From: Flectonema sp. DT1601
Lineage: Eukaryota
DNA: 64,000 nt
Reading direction: 5' to 3'
NCBI GenBank assembly: GCA_964019425.1
Contig: OZ025796.1
Location: 434,001-498,000, forward strand
Both the position numbers and the translations under genes were made by a program. Below, one piece after another: positions 43,444 through 56,084 of this stretch. How positions within the stretch are numbered: position 1 is the first letter of the stretch; every line of letters starts with the position of its first letter. The notes under the pieces are model-generated. The model worked only from the letters and a program-made list of their open reading frames with translations, searched no databases and had not been told where the DNA came from.

Positions 43444-46400
43444 ATGGACAAACTACACCGAGCGAAGAAGCGAATAAAAACAAACCCAAACAAACAACAT
43501 GAGAATCAAGTCAAGTCAGACCACGTCTACGACATCTACGCAAAAGTAAAACAACTCCAAAAGAAAGTTTCTCTTCAAACTGAAGAATTGTATAGTAGTG
43601 ACAAGTATGCACCTTTTTGTTACAACTAACGAAAGTAATTTCCTTTTTCTATAAAACATAAATAACTAAACAGATCTTTTACAAGGAGAACTTCGATAGA
43701 CAGAAGGCACACAAACAGAATATCTTTAACAGGAAGTTCAATGCAACTAAACTTACAGAGGAGAAGATCCAGTCAGATAATTGACTTCAGTGATAACGAA
43801 AGATTCGTATCATTCGATGCAGCAGCGCTCGATGGTCAACCGATTCATAGAAATAATCATCGGCAACGATATTCAGTAGATTCTCTCGATTCTCTCCCAG
43901 ATTCGAGATACGCTGCGAAGATAACGGAAGCGACGTCTTTTTTACCTTGTACGGATGATTCAATACTACCTAACATGTTTAATACTGAGAAACTATCTTC
44001 TGTTGAATACGCTCACGCGATGGCTGCTGTAGTCGATGAGGGGGATGACTTGGCACTACCAGCAGCTGACTTGGAACTGCTGCTTCAACGAGGTCGTGAA
44101 TTCTTTGGTGATAGAGATCTCCTGTCTAAGGATTATCACCCTCGTAACCGAGATGAAAAGGATCAGAAATACTCTATACTACTCACCGCATATAGATATA
44201 CTTGTGAATTACTTGACGAAGCTCTCTTCCTATGCGGACGAGTAGTGAAGGGAATGGAATTCAAAACAGAGCTTCAGCAACAAGCAGAAAATAAAGCATT
44301 GGAGGGTGACGAACGTTGCCGAGTCTTGATGGAAACTATTGCTCAAAAAGAAGCAGAGCTGGTTGAAAAAGACCGAGTCATCGACTCAACAGTTTCTCTA
44401 ATAGAAGAAACAAGAACTCGAGCCAAAGGAAAAGCTGACGAGGAACGTAACTGGTGGCAGGTTTGAGATTTTCCACTTTCCTTCTATCACTTAATCACAA
44501 TTTATTTTATTATAAACCAACTCAGGATCGCCTAACAGAATCTGAAGGAGCAGTAGAACGAGTTCGCGAAGAGATGCAATTAGAAGTCGCGTATCTTATG
44601 GAAGACGCTCGTAAAGAAGTAGCAAACAGTGAAGTAGAAAGTATCATGATTAAAGTAACTGAGGCTGAAATGGAATGCGCAAGTCTCCGAGCATCTTCCA
44701 AAAAGAAACAAGCTGAACTCGAATATAGAACGAAAATCTCAAGAGATCTGCAAGCTGAAGTGTCGCTACTACAATCTGATTTGCGTGACGCTCGTGTGTT
44801 TCTAAGCGATGAGAAAATCCGTCTTCTTGACAGAGAGGCAGAGGCTGCACGTCGTCTTGAAGATGATGCCGAATTAGTTAAAAAAACAACTCAATCAGTC
44901 ACGGACCAACTCACTCCCACAATCGACCAACTCACCTCACAAGTCCAACAACATGAAACTTCTATTACGGAGTTTGAGAAAACCTTAAAAATAAAGAGCG
45001 ATCAGATTATTTCACTTAAAGAGCAGGTTGACGGCTTTCAGACATATCAAAAAACTGAAAAAGAACAACTTAAAGTAATGAAAGCCCAGCAACTATCACT
45101 TGAAAAAGCCTACACAGAACAACTTGAAGCAGAGGCTGAAGTGTTAGCAGCGCGTGCTAAGCATGATGACAAGCAACATGCATTCCGACTTCGTTCTAAC
45201 TTATTATCAACTTTTGCAACAATGTTAGACGTCGGAAGGCTTCGACAATATTGGATAAAACTGACGACTTGGAGAATGAGAAAAACTTTTGTAAAACAAA
45301 TGGATGATCTTCGTGTTGAAATTGCCTCGAGAGACGTTCATCTAAAAACCATCATGGGAAAAAAGAACAAGGAACTCACTCTACTACAACAGAAACTGAT
45401 AGACACTAACACACAACATCAAGAAGCCCTGTTGACTGCTACCAAGGAAACTCGTTCATCTCTCAAGTCTCAATATGACAGCGAAGTAGCAACGCTTAAG
45501 AAAAGAATATCAATCCTAGAACGTCAAGTCTTATCGCAGCCTTCTATTGTAGCAGCCGGTTGTAAACTTCCGAAGGGGGAATTCACAAAGTCTGCTGCTG
45601 ATAAACAGGCTCATGAGACAGCAGTAGAGCTTCACACTCAACTGAAATTATTTAGTACATTGTTTGTTAAGAAGTTTAAAATGAAAAGATTCAACACTAA
45701 TGACATCACGTCTTTAGATGAGTCGTCACAAGTTCCAATTCCTCTGCAGGTGTTGAGGAGCTCAGCGGTAGTTATCACCTCATTCAAAACACTATTAGCA
45801 ATAGAGAGAAAGCTTCAACATCTGAAGAGGGGAATGGTGTTTCTTACTGTTGCTGAAAAAATAAAACTAAAGCGAATGCGTAAGAAACTTGCTAGACAAC
45901 AAGTATCAGAGCAAGAATCTCAGCTGGTTGAAAAACATGTTGTGCTTGTTGAGAAAACAATCGACAGGGCAATAGAAGTAAAGGAAGCCGTCCAGGGAGC
46001 TCAAAAGCGTCTTTTTACCGAAGCCACTGAAATAAACGCAGCAACAGTCACCCAGGAACTAGAACACCACACAACTTTAATCAATGAGCTGAAGAGAGAC
46101 ATGACTAGAGAAGAGTCTAAGATAGACGTACAAAAGGCACGCATAATGCTACAAGACATCGAGGACGGTAAATGGGTTTATGTTGCAGGTCAGAGGAGGT
46201 GGTGGCCAACTGAACGACCGCAGTCTTCTTCAAAAAATAATCCAGCCGTGCCAACTATCACACAACGTAGTAATCCTGATCCTTGGGAATATAGAAACGG
46301 CACTGCTATGTTATCCTTAAGTGTTGGACCTGCTAATTTAAGTCCCAAAGCAGTTTGTAGTATTGCTCATGGTGGTAGCATAGCTGTAAAGGAGCCACCG

Positions 46401-46634
46401 CAGAGTAATCCTCACAGTCGTGTTTTTCACACCCTTCCTCGTTATAGTAACGCCATTCTAATTCAGGGGATTACCAGACCTCAAACTGCTCCTCTTAAAC
46501 AGCTTGAAAAGGGTCGTATCCCAGCCGCTCTCGCAGCTCCTATATTATCTCCGCCAATGATAGTGGTACCGGCACGTCAGCTTCATCCTGGCAAGATGTT
46601 AAAAATTCAGTGCCTTCGTAAGAACCCCAACTAA
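43444..46634 (+). CDS. Large coiled-coil protein; exons 43444-43604, 43674-44460, 44526-46634 (~1018 aa)
   Basis: Three ORF-track pieces join in frame across GT-AG introns 43605-43673 and 44461-44525. Confidence 0.75.
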
Positions 46635-47336
46635 GACATTATCTGATTATGGTAAAGTCTTCATCATAGTCACTGCGATGATTTTATTTTATTTTATTAT
46701 TTTTGTTTTTTTATATTCATTTACACTACTGCTCTAATTATTAATTGAAGAGTGCCTTAATTAACCCGAGGAGGGGAAACTATGGAAGCACACGAGAGGA
46801 GAGCATTCGCATAGTACCTCCGACTCCGAAGGTTTATCCAAAGTCTCACTTATCCCTCGATATGTAATTTAATTCGTCAGGCAGACTCCTCGAGTGAAGT
46901 TGTAGGAAGTTCGGCGGAATGATGATCCGCCGGGGGAAATTATTTTTTCTTAATTCACCTCCTTCGGTGATCCTGGGCGATTTGGTGAATTCTTTTGTAC
47001 TAATTTACTAGTTTATCATAATTCGTACTTTCCCCTCCTGCGGAGGTAGAATTACTTGACACTTTTGTTTCTCGGCTGACCGTGTTTGCCTTACGGTAGT
47101 GTCCCGAAGGCGCTATTTTCCCGCCTAGTCTTTCTCAGCCATTCTGGGTTGGAATTTCGCGAGGGCGTCTCCCGAGACGACCCAATTTCGCTGGTGGCCG
47201 ACGAATTAAAATTATGTTTATATTATTGTCGGTATGTTTTGGGTGCTTTGCTTGTTTTTGAACTACTGCTTCCCCTTCACTGTTCTGGTTATGCTTATTA
47301 CGTTTTTTTCTTTTCTCACAGCACTATGTATAGTAA

Positions 47337-48860
47337 ATGACCAAATGGAAAATTCGAACACCGACATTCAATAATGCGCTGGGGTTTACAAAGCGGGTCG
47401 CAATTCTCAGTAAACTGAAAGAACCTCATGTAAAGAACTCACTGCTACGACTAGGAAATGGAATAGATGAGGGACTTTATGGGATATCATTATCAGAGTT
47501 TAACGAAGAAACTTGTACCAAAGTAATCGAGTCATACGCTACTGCGCGTGTTAGACATGAAAAACTAATAAAGGGAATCTTAAATAGACTTGAAAACAGA
47601 TTTTCAAACGACCACTTGGTATCGGTCATTACTAATCTACACGTAGCTCGAGTTGATGCACCACAAGGATGGATTGGAGCACAAAATATAAATTTTCTTG
47701 CGACGAAAAAAACCTCTTTAACACTGAGAATCCTCTCAGAGTCACCAGCAGCAGGTGCAAAAAAATATTTCAGCTCCAAGCTTCTCATTGCAGCAGTTGC
47801 TGCTGCCAGAGGTAATAAGCCTCAATTTCCTACAGTAGTTGGATTTCAATATTGGCCTTTATGCGCCATGTATGCAATGCTTTTAAAAAAGAATGCCTGT
47901 CCTAGTCAGGCATTATCGCTATTATTTACCTCAATTCAAATTGACACTCCTGTCGTGGATTGGGCGACTAATGGTAATAAGTGTGTCAGCACAGAACCGT
48001 TGACTCGATCGCTAGACGAAATGTCGGCGGTACTTTACTCTGTGGGTGAAATACTGAGATTCCACACATATGATGCTGCAAAAAGGTGCGGCATTCAGGA
48101 ATATTTAATAATGATTGGACATAATATTCTTTATCTCCAACAAACAGGTATGCACGTATCGGTGAAGTGCATTTCTGAATTTCTTATTGCTGTCGCAGCT
48201 TGCGGGATGACTACAGACACAGTTCTTGAATCCCAACAAAAATACTCGAAATACCTCCCCGAGTCTTGGTCTATACTACTAATCGGGAATTACAAAGCTC
48301 GTTCCTTTGAAGACTTGTTAGCAATCCTCCTGGGAACTGTAAAGAACTCTATCACAGACCGGGATTTGAACTTCCTACGAATAACACAGGATTTACGACC
48401 AGCTCAGTACCTTAGACGAGGTTACATAATCCGAATTATAATAAGCTTGGTGTCAATAAAATGGCAATACCGGGGGGACTACACAAAACTATTTCAGGCG
48501 GTTTACCACAACCACTACAACCAGACAAAACTTAACATCTCAGATATGGCCAAGTTGAGTTGGTCTTTGTCGGAATTATATGTTCAGTTCGGTTCCTGGG
48601 CTGTTCGTTTAATTTCATCTTTCTGCCGTAATCTATCTCCGGCTGTAGCTGCTCTTCTGCATCCGCGAAGGAATAAGGTGCTCGGTGATTGTGAGGCGGC
48701 TGTGTTACTAAAGTGTTTTGATATCCATTGTACTCACTCTCCCACACCCGCATCTGAAGCGTTGCGAGATGGATTACGAGCTGCATGCGAGGGAATGAAT
48801 GAACTTCCTAAGAAACCTGACTGTTGGGGTGAGCCTCCTCATGAATATCAACCATATTAG
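47337..48860 (+). CDS. Hypothetical alpha-helical protein
   Basis: 507-aa ORF after a pyrimidine tract and AG near 47320; no motif recognised with confidence. Confidence 0.65.
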   Translation: MTKWKIRTPTFNNALGFTKRVAILSKLKEPHVKNSLLRLGNGIDEGLYGISLSEFNEETCTKVIESYATARVRHEKLIKGILNRLENRFSNDHLVSVITNLHVARVDAPQGWIGAQNINFLATKKTSLTLRILSESPAAGAKKYFSSKLLIAAVAAARGNKPQFPTVVGFQYWPLCAMYAMLLKKNACPSQALSLLFTSIQIDTPVVDWATNGNKCVSTEPLTRSLDEMSAVLYSVGEILRFHTYDAAKRCGIQEYLIMIGHNILYLQQTGMHVSVKCISEFLIAVAACGMTTDTVLESQQKYSKYLPESWSILLIGNYKARSFEDLLAILLGTVKNSITDRDLNFLRITQDLRPAQYLRRGYIIRIIISLVSIKWQYRGDYTKLFQAVYHNHYNQTKLNISDMAKLSWSLSELYVQFGSWAVRLISSFCRNLSPAVAALLHPRRNKVLGDCEAAVLLKCFDIHCTHSPTPASEALRDGLRAACEGMNELPKKPDCWGEPPHEYQPY

Positions 48861-48960
48861 AAGGTTTGTCTGGGGTTACCTGGTATTAACATACGTTGTG
48901 TGTGATTAGTGTCCTTCATTTTCTTTTTTTCTTCAGGGAATTAAGTAATCAAAAAAAAAA

Positions 48961-49387
48961 ATGCTTCGCCGTTCTGTTATCCGTCTTGGGGAAGGCATTG
49001 GAGGACTTCCAAAGGCACCACTTCCAGAGAATGGTCGTGCCGGTGATGAGCCATTGACTGGTCTTGGGTTTGTAAGAACTTTCGTTGATCCTACTTTCCA
49101 CTTCGAGCGTATGTCCAAGATTGAGGAGGAGATTGACGGTACCAAGGTAAGGAAATGGATGATTGGGTTAGCCCTTATGTATGTTTTTTTTATTATTCTA
49201 ATTTTTCAAAAAAAAAAAAAATAGAAAATTACATGAAATATATTTACAACAACATTATAAACACAGTGCCTACCCATTGTATTTAGTTTTCAACATCGGT
49301 GACAACATCAGATACCCAGGACCGCAGAAGGTTGATAAGTGTGTCCCAGAGCCTGTATGGAACTGTGAGCAAGCTGGACGTGTCTGA
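48961..49387 (+). CDS. Small single-TM protein, probably mitochondrial; exons 48961-49178 and 49267-49387 (112 aa)
   Basis: MLRRSVIRL presequence-like start; intron GTATGT...ACACAG restores the TM segment WMIGLALIAYPLYLVF. Confidence 0.75.
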
Positions 49388-49834
49388 GCGCTGTTGGGTT
49401 AAAAATTTTAAGTGGAATTGAGGAAAAAGTGTTCAGCCTTTTGGGATGAACACGAGAACAGAGGGACGGGATGTTCAACATGGTACATTTGGAGGAAAAA
49501 AAAAAAAAAAAAAAAAAAGAGGAAAAAAAAAAAAAAAAAATAAGGGCTCCATTTCTCGTTTTCCAGTTTGTTTCCGGGAGTGTGTTTTTATTGCTTGCCT
49601 TTTTTATTCCTAGCGGGTGGAAGAAAAAAAGGATGATTTATTTATTTTTTTCCGGGTAGTTTTGCGCTTTGTTGTCAAATTGCCTGCTGTTTGCAACTTC
49701 GTAATCATTATTTAATTTCCCTACACAGCTGTATTTATTTATACAAAAGGGGGATCTTATGTTCCTCTTCTTGTTATCAATCTCTGGGTTCCTACTGGGG
49801 AATCGTGATTGAATTCTTTGATCAAATCGCAACC

Positions 49835-50829
49835 TAATGATGATAAACTTCTTTCTGGATCCAACTCTAATCCCTTTCTGGGACATGTTGATACCAAAGA
49901 AATCGAGCTTTTTAACAGTCTGAATAGTTCTCGTTGACTTCCCTCTTCTTCTCTTCAAACACTGAGGACTACTTCCCTTCTCTTCACTTCAAGTGTGAAG
50001 ACTCATTTCAGTTGTGAACCACTAATTGAAGGCAGCTCTTTAATGATGATAAACTTCTTTCTGGATCCAACTCTAATCCCTTTCTGGGACATGTTGATAC
50101 CAAAGAAATCGAGCTTTTTAACAGTCTGAATAGTTCTCGTTGACTTCCCTCTTCTCCTCTTCAAACACTGAGGACTACTTCCCTTCTCTTCACTTCAAGT
50201 GTGAAGATTCATTTCAGTTGTGAACCACTAATTGAAGGCAGCTCTTTAATGATGATAAACTTCTTTCTGGATCCAACTCTAATCCCTTTCTGGGACATGT
50301 TGATACCAAAGAAATCGAGCTTTTTAACAGTCTGAATAGTTCTCGTTGACTTCCCTCTTCTCCTCTTCAAACACTGAGGACTACTTCCCTTCTCTTCACT
50401 TCAAGTGTGAAGACTCATTTCAGTTGTGAACCACCAATTGAAGGCAGCTCTTTAATGATGATAAACTTCTTTCTGGATCCAACTCTAATCCCTTTCTGGG
50501 ACATGTTGATACCAAAGAAATCGAGCTTTTTAACAGTCTGAATAGTTCTCGTTGACTTCCCTCTTCTCCTCTTCAAACACTGAGGACTACTTCCCTTCTC
50601 TTCACTTCAAGTGTGAAGATTCATTTCAGTTGTGAACCACTAATTGAAGGCAGCTCTTTAATGATGATAAACTTCTTTCTGGATCCAACTCTAATCCCTT
50701 TCTGGGACATGTTGATACCAAAGAAATCGAGCTTTTTAACAGTCTGAATAGTTCTCGTTGACTTCCCTCTTCTCCTCTTCAAATACTGAGGACTACTTCC
50801 CTTCTCTTCACTACAGGTGTGAAGACTCA
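49835..50829. repeat. Tandem array of a 206-bp unit, ~4.8 near-identical copies
   Basis: Units start at 49835, 50041, 50247, 50453 and 50659. Confidence 0.95.
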
Positions 50830-51093
50830 ATCGTTGTCGTTGTGTCTGTAACCTTTCTGTTCTTTTGTATTTTCTGTCGGGTAAGTTTAAATAATTATAA
50901 AACGCTATTCAAGGACTGCGATCTCTTCTTTTAGAGTCTGTGGATAATATTGGTGTGAGATTTCATGTTAGCACAGCTTGTTTAGTTTGTTGATGTGTAG
51001 TTCTTTGATGATGTGCGTCGTTGAGTCACGTTTTAATATCCCCTTTTTACCACAGAAGTCACATTGGTAACCATTTGACTACACCACTGCCCC

Positions 51094-52961
51094 ATGGGGT
51101 GCGGGTCGTCCGTGACTGCATGCTCCGTTAAGGTATGTACTCGACCTCTTTTTTTTTTGATGTTTATTTTTTCATCTTGTTTGGATCGGTATTAACCAAT
51201 AAATCTGATTATTTGTATCATTTTGTTATTGTATTAATGAAACAGGACGGGCTACCAATAGTTCCTGCTGGCTCGGAAACACCTTTGCCTCCTTCGAAAG
51301 CATCAGCGAAGTCCCCAGGCTTCAACAAAGATAATTCAAATGGTATGTATTGATGTCTTTAGGAAGAGTAATCTCATTGTGTTCTTGTATCGAGTATAAT
51401 AACATACACACATGCAGCCGAAGTTCACACAACTCCGGTCCTACCGATGCCCAAGGCGAGTGTCACGAAGATATTTAATACAAATCGATTAATGTTAATG
51501 TTTGACGATGTAGGAATAGAAGAACGAGAAGTAATTTGGAACCTCATGAAAGGAAGAAAGGTTCTGACTCACAATCCTCCAAGCGGAAACATTCATACGG
51601 AAAGTAATCCAGCAGAAGATAACGAACCAGTTTCTCTACTTCCACAGGTGGCAGTGCACACTGACTTCGGAACTGTTATGATTCCGTTGTCTCAAAGTGA
51701 AGCCAAGTCACTCCCAGAAAAACCAGAACCTCCAGCATACACCTTGGCTGAAGATCCTGTTAATGAACCTCTTGACTTGGGACCAATCACTGCTTCGTCT
51801 CTTTTGCTAAAGAGGAGTAAATACTGCAGAGTATCTCGGTACCGAGTACGTCACTTAATCGGACACGGAAGGGCAGTTCGAGCAGTTGGTATCAGTCCAG
51901 ACTTTAGAATGCTCGTGACGGGAGATGGAACAGAAGGTCGACAAACACTACTACGATGTGTAAACCCATCAACTGGTCAGCGGATAGGATCATTGTCCTC
52001 AAGAGGAGGTGCTTCTGAAGCTCCTTGTGATGTCCATTTCTCAGCTAACGGTCAAATCCTAGCGACATGTGATCAATCAGACACGGTACTGCTGTGGGAC
52101 GTTACAACATTCCGATGCAAAAAGACCATCCACGTTGAAGGACCTGAAGGAAGTGAGTACTTCGTAGTAGGTGTTCGACTCTCTCCTGATGGGAAATTAC
52201 TAATCGCCGCTGCGGAGCAGTCAAACGATGAAGGAATGAACCGAGGGATGGTAGTCGTATGGGATCTTGGTCAAAGAAAGCAACGAGTTATATTCAGAGA
52301 ACACGCATCAACTGTACTCTCAGTAGCTGTCTCTCCTGATAGTGAATTAGTTATTAGTGGAGGTAGAGATGGGTTACTATTCTTGTGGGCAGCCAACACT
52401 GGTGAGATTGTTCACTCTCTTGTTGGTCATCCGTCAGGTATTCGAGGTTGTAACTTTAGTAGTTGTGGTGAAATGATGCTTTCTGTTGATGCAAAGGTTG
52501 TTATACTTTGGTCTGTAGCAAGCGGGAATTGCTTCTTCTCTCAACACATTGACGGTACTCACATGTCTGGAGAGGTCGCACCGACTCTGCCTTCTCCCCG
52601 TGCGGAAAAAGCTAACAAGCTCCGTTTCACAGCTGCCCAATTCACTCCAGGAGGTCTCCTACTAATTGCGTCTTCTGATCGAGTAATTAAAGTTCTGGCT
52701 CCTCATGACATGTCTGAGTGCTTTACGTTTTCTTCGAGAGCTCCGATATCGTGCGTGTCAACTGGAACTACTGCTGTTGTACTTGGGGATATATTTGGTA
52801 ACGTTTACTTGCTGGATTTATTTCTTAAAGGTGGTAGTAGTCAGCCTCAACTGCCTGAAGAACCCTACTGGGAAGAAGAGGAGGATGAAGAGGAAGGGGT
52901 ACAAACTGTTCCTCAACTATCACTGGGCAAGAAGACTCAAACAGCTGACGACGATAAGTAA
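51094..52961 (+). CDS. WD40-repeat protein with an N-terminal dual-acylation motif; exons 51094-51132, 51246-51342, 51418-52961 (559 aa)
   Basis: GH...WD repeats; two GTATGT...CAG introns join MGCGSS in frame to the 51447 ORF. Confidence 0.85.
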
Positions 52962-53841
52962 AGTGCGCTCTTAAACAGCGTTACTGAATTAAATTTGACT
53001 GTGTGTGCAGTCGTTCGCAAAGTAAGCTACAGACAGACAGACCTTCGTGGCTTCTTCAAATTTGTAGACTTATTCAATTTTACATTCGATTTTAGGACAA
53101 ACGTTACCGTTACTACACTGTTATACCAACTCACTTCTTTCTCTGCCCTCCCCCCCCTATTATGTATTTCTTTCCTTTCAATTTTCTTTTCTTTCTAATG
53201 CTTCCGCCTCTTTGTCTACTATGGAATAAATAAAACGGAAATAAATTGTTTACTTTTACAGGTAGACTTTTTATTTTCCCCTCACTACTTTTTTACATTT
53301 GATTTTTCTCTTTTTTTTTCTCCCCTCTCTTTTTTAACATGTTTTCTTTAAAATCTGTTTGAATTTATTGCAAATAGGAAAAAAATATAATTAAAAAATT
53401 GTACCGACAGGGGCTGCCCTGTAGTACGTGTTCCCCTTCCCTGAATTCCCATGTATTCGACGGCATGGATTTTTTGATATTTATTTTGGTTATTCTGCTA
53501 TGCAGTACTGCCTTTTAGATCATGCTGTTATGTAATCCCCTCTGGCTTTAGTAATTAAATATTGATGTGGACTGAACTTAAGTTACTTAGGGGTGCGTCT
53601 CATTCACTGTAAGGTTGCGTTACTTACACTTTAGACGTATTCCCGCGCTCTCTTCGCGATGGGATTGTTCCATTTACACTTTTTTTTTTTTTTTTCCGGC
53701 TCGGAGTATCTTTAGCTGTTTCAGAGCAAAATTGACTCAAAAAAAAATAAAATAAAATAAATGTTGCTATTTACGTCCGAGAGGAAATTTCTTTTTTTAA
53801 AATTGTTTTTCTTCTTCACCCTGCCACCCACCACACAATGG

Positions 53842-54012
53842 TTGACTGATTGACTTCTACACCATAACTGAGAGAGAATAGAGGTAAAGAGGTATATGGA
53901 TTACTCTCGAAACCTAAATAGTTACTTCAAAAGGCTAAGTTAAGCATCACACCCAGTCACTTGTTTTATGACACAATACATTTGTATTTTACGTACAAAA
54001 TCAAACAGTTGA
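53842..54012 (+). mobile_element. Copy of the hammerhead-associated short retroposon with a broken core (CTGA-GA)
   Basis: Colinear with 58876-59077; ends AAACAGTTGA just before a C-run. Confidence 0.8.
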
Positions 54013-54532
54013 ACCCCCCTCCGACATTTTCCGGAAAACATAGTTCCGTATACAGTATTCGGAAACCAGCATGTCTGGTTAACTGAACTGTGAGAAGTTT
54101 TTTATTTTTTTTTCGAGTAGGTAGGGAGGGCCCCCTTTTGCCAATGAAGGGCCCTCCCTAAGGTACTCGTTCATTATTAGATTTTCCAGCATTTCACATC
54201 CTTTCACTCCCACATTTTTTATGATTTTTGCGCAATTTTTTTTTTTTTTTGAAAAATCTTTCGTGAGTTAGCCGCCTCTGTTGTGTTGCGCGTTCTTTAT
54301 TTTTGGAACCAGTCATGGTTCACCTTCCTGTGTGATTCTTCCCTGGAAAGGTGTTCCTTTCTACTTTTAAATAGCTCAGAGATGTCATTCTTTTGTGAAT
54401 ATTTCTTGTGAGGCCTACTTCAGTTTTTTTTGTTGTTGATTTTTTCTTGGAGGATTTAATAAGATTGTTGTAAAAAAATTGTGTTTAAGTTTTTTTGTTA
54501 CTTCTTGAAATAGGGTCGCGGTTGGTTATAAT

Positions 54533-54979
54533 ATGCTTAACTCGGCAGAAAAGAGTGCTGGTGATGTCATGGTGAGAAGGATACTAATGTGCATTGTAGT
54601 TGAGTGTCTCTACTGCTATTATATGGATGGTAGCTTATCTTCTTTGTTGATGAGGATGTTATTTTTGGTGTTGGCAGAGAGAGATCGTTATAAAGAAACG
54701 TTAATGTTGGCGACCATTCCCAGGGTATTTGTTTTTATTCATAATTTTGGTAATACTGATAGTATCAGAAAATCGTCATCGATAATCAACTTCATGCGTA
54801 TTGAGGAATCTGCTACCTATCTCCGAGTTTTTATACTTGACGTTATTATATTTGTTATGCAGTTGTCGTTTGTTCAGGCGCAACGATTCCGACAGCATGG
54901 ACATTCAGATGATCTTTATTCTTTCGATCCCTTTCCGGTTATGAGAGCCATCAGTGGTCACCAATCATCACACGTATGA
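54533..54979 (+). CDS. Small multi-TM protein, possibly DUF1746/Dsc4-like
   Basis: Hydrophobic 148-aa ORF; YYMDGS..LLMR and ILDVIIFVMQL resemble DUF1746 motifs as recalled (not checked). Confidence 0.55.
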   Translation: MLNSAEKSAGDVMVRRILMCIVVECLYCYYMDGSLSSLLMRMLFLVLAERDRYKETLMLATIPRVFVFIHNFGNTDSIRKSSSIINFMRIEESATYLRVFILDVIIFVMQLSFVQAQRFRQHGHSDDLYSFDPFPVMRAISGHQSSHV

Positions 54980-55334
54980 ACTAGTCATTGATTGAGTGAG
55001 TTGTATTTATTTTAATTGCATTGTAATGCTCTATAAGAGCTATGTACGTTAGCAGTCAACCTTTCAGAACTGTACTCAATGAATGAATGATTCCAAGACA
55101 GCCTCTAACCGTATCTAGCCACAACCACTTGACGTCATGAGAGGTGTTCTTCTCAATATTTTTTTTGTTTGCGCCGAAAATTGTACTTCAGTTTTTTTTT
55201 TTAATTTTTTTTTTTTTTTTTTTTTTAAATGCTGCATGTTCAGCCCCGACAGGAATTTTTTTTCCCCGTTTTTTTTTTTTTTTTTTCTTGCTTTCGTTTT
55301 CATCCGGGGTAAAAAAAAAACTTTTAAAACAAAA

Positions 55335-56084
55335 ATGTCTGAACCAGTAGCAGAAGTCCACGAAGAGATTACGGCAATAACAGCTGCGACAGAAGTAGAG
55401 GGAGAGGAAGGAGATGACAACTTAGACATGGAAATCGAAGAAATGAGATTAAAAGTAAAAGAAATGGAAGAACAGCTAAAGGGACAACAAACAGAACTCG
55501 CTGAAGGCGCCGGAGGAGAAGAAGAGTTTGCAGGAGACGATAATGCTTCGGTCTACATTGGACACGTTGACTACGCAGCCACTCCTCAAGAGTTATACAC
55601 TCACTTCGCTGAGTGTGGAACTGTAAAGAGAGTTACCATTCTTTGTGATAAGTGGACAAACCATCCAAAAGGTTTCGCGTACATGGAATTTGAAGATGTC
55701 GCATCTGTCGAAAAGGCAGTCACTCTCAACGACAGCACCTTCTGCGGCCGTAAGATTAAGGTTCTTCCAAAACGGACGAACCTCCCAGGTCACAACAAGG
55801 GACAAAAAGGAAGTAAAAAGGGTTTTAAGTCAGGCCTCAAGGTATGCACACACGACAAGGACCTGTCAAGCAGCCACACTTCTAAATAACTACAAACAGG
55901 GGAGCTGGTGGGATCCAACTTACGGTGGTGGCTTCAGTCCCTATGCCGCAGGAAAGGGTAAAAAGGGAAAGAAGAGTTGGTATGTAAGAAGAAAGGTTTC
56001 AGCTGAACTATTAACAGGTAGGTTAACATTAACAAATAAAACAGGTCTGGCAAGGCTGGTAAAAAGGGATTTAAAGGATGGTAG
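55335..56084 (+). CDS. PABPN1: Nuclear poly(A)-binding protein 2-like RRM protein; exons 55335-55841, 55900-55979, 56045-56084 (208 aa)
   Basis: Acidic coiled coil EIEEMRLKVKEMEE; SVYIGHVDY..HF.CG.VKRVTILCDK..HPKGFAYMEF..IKVLPKRTNLPG; two GT-AG introns. Confidence 0.9.

Noticed and set aside
49835..50829. Possible CRISPR array or repeat-protein gene
   Set aside because: The units are identical end to end with no unique spacers, there are no cas genes, and the unit length is not a multiple of 3.
55137..55334. Phe-rich N-terminal extension of the PABPN1-like ORF
   Set aside because: It is encoded by T-tracts; the plausible start is the ATG at 55335.
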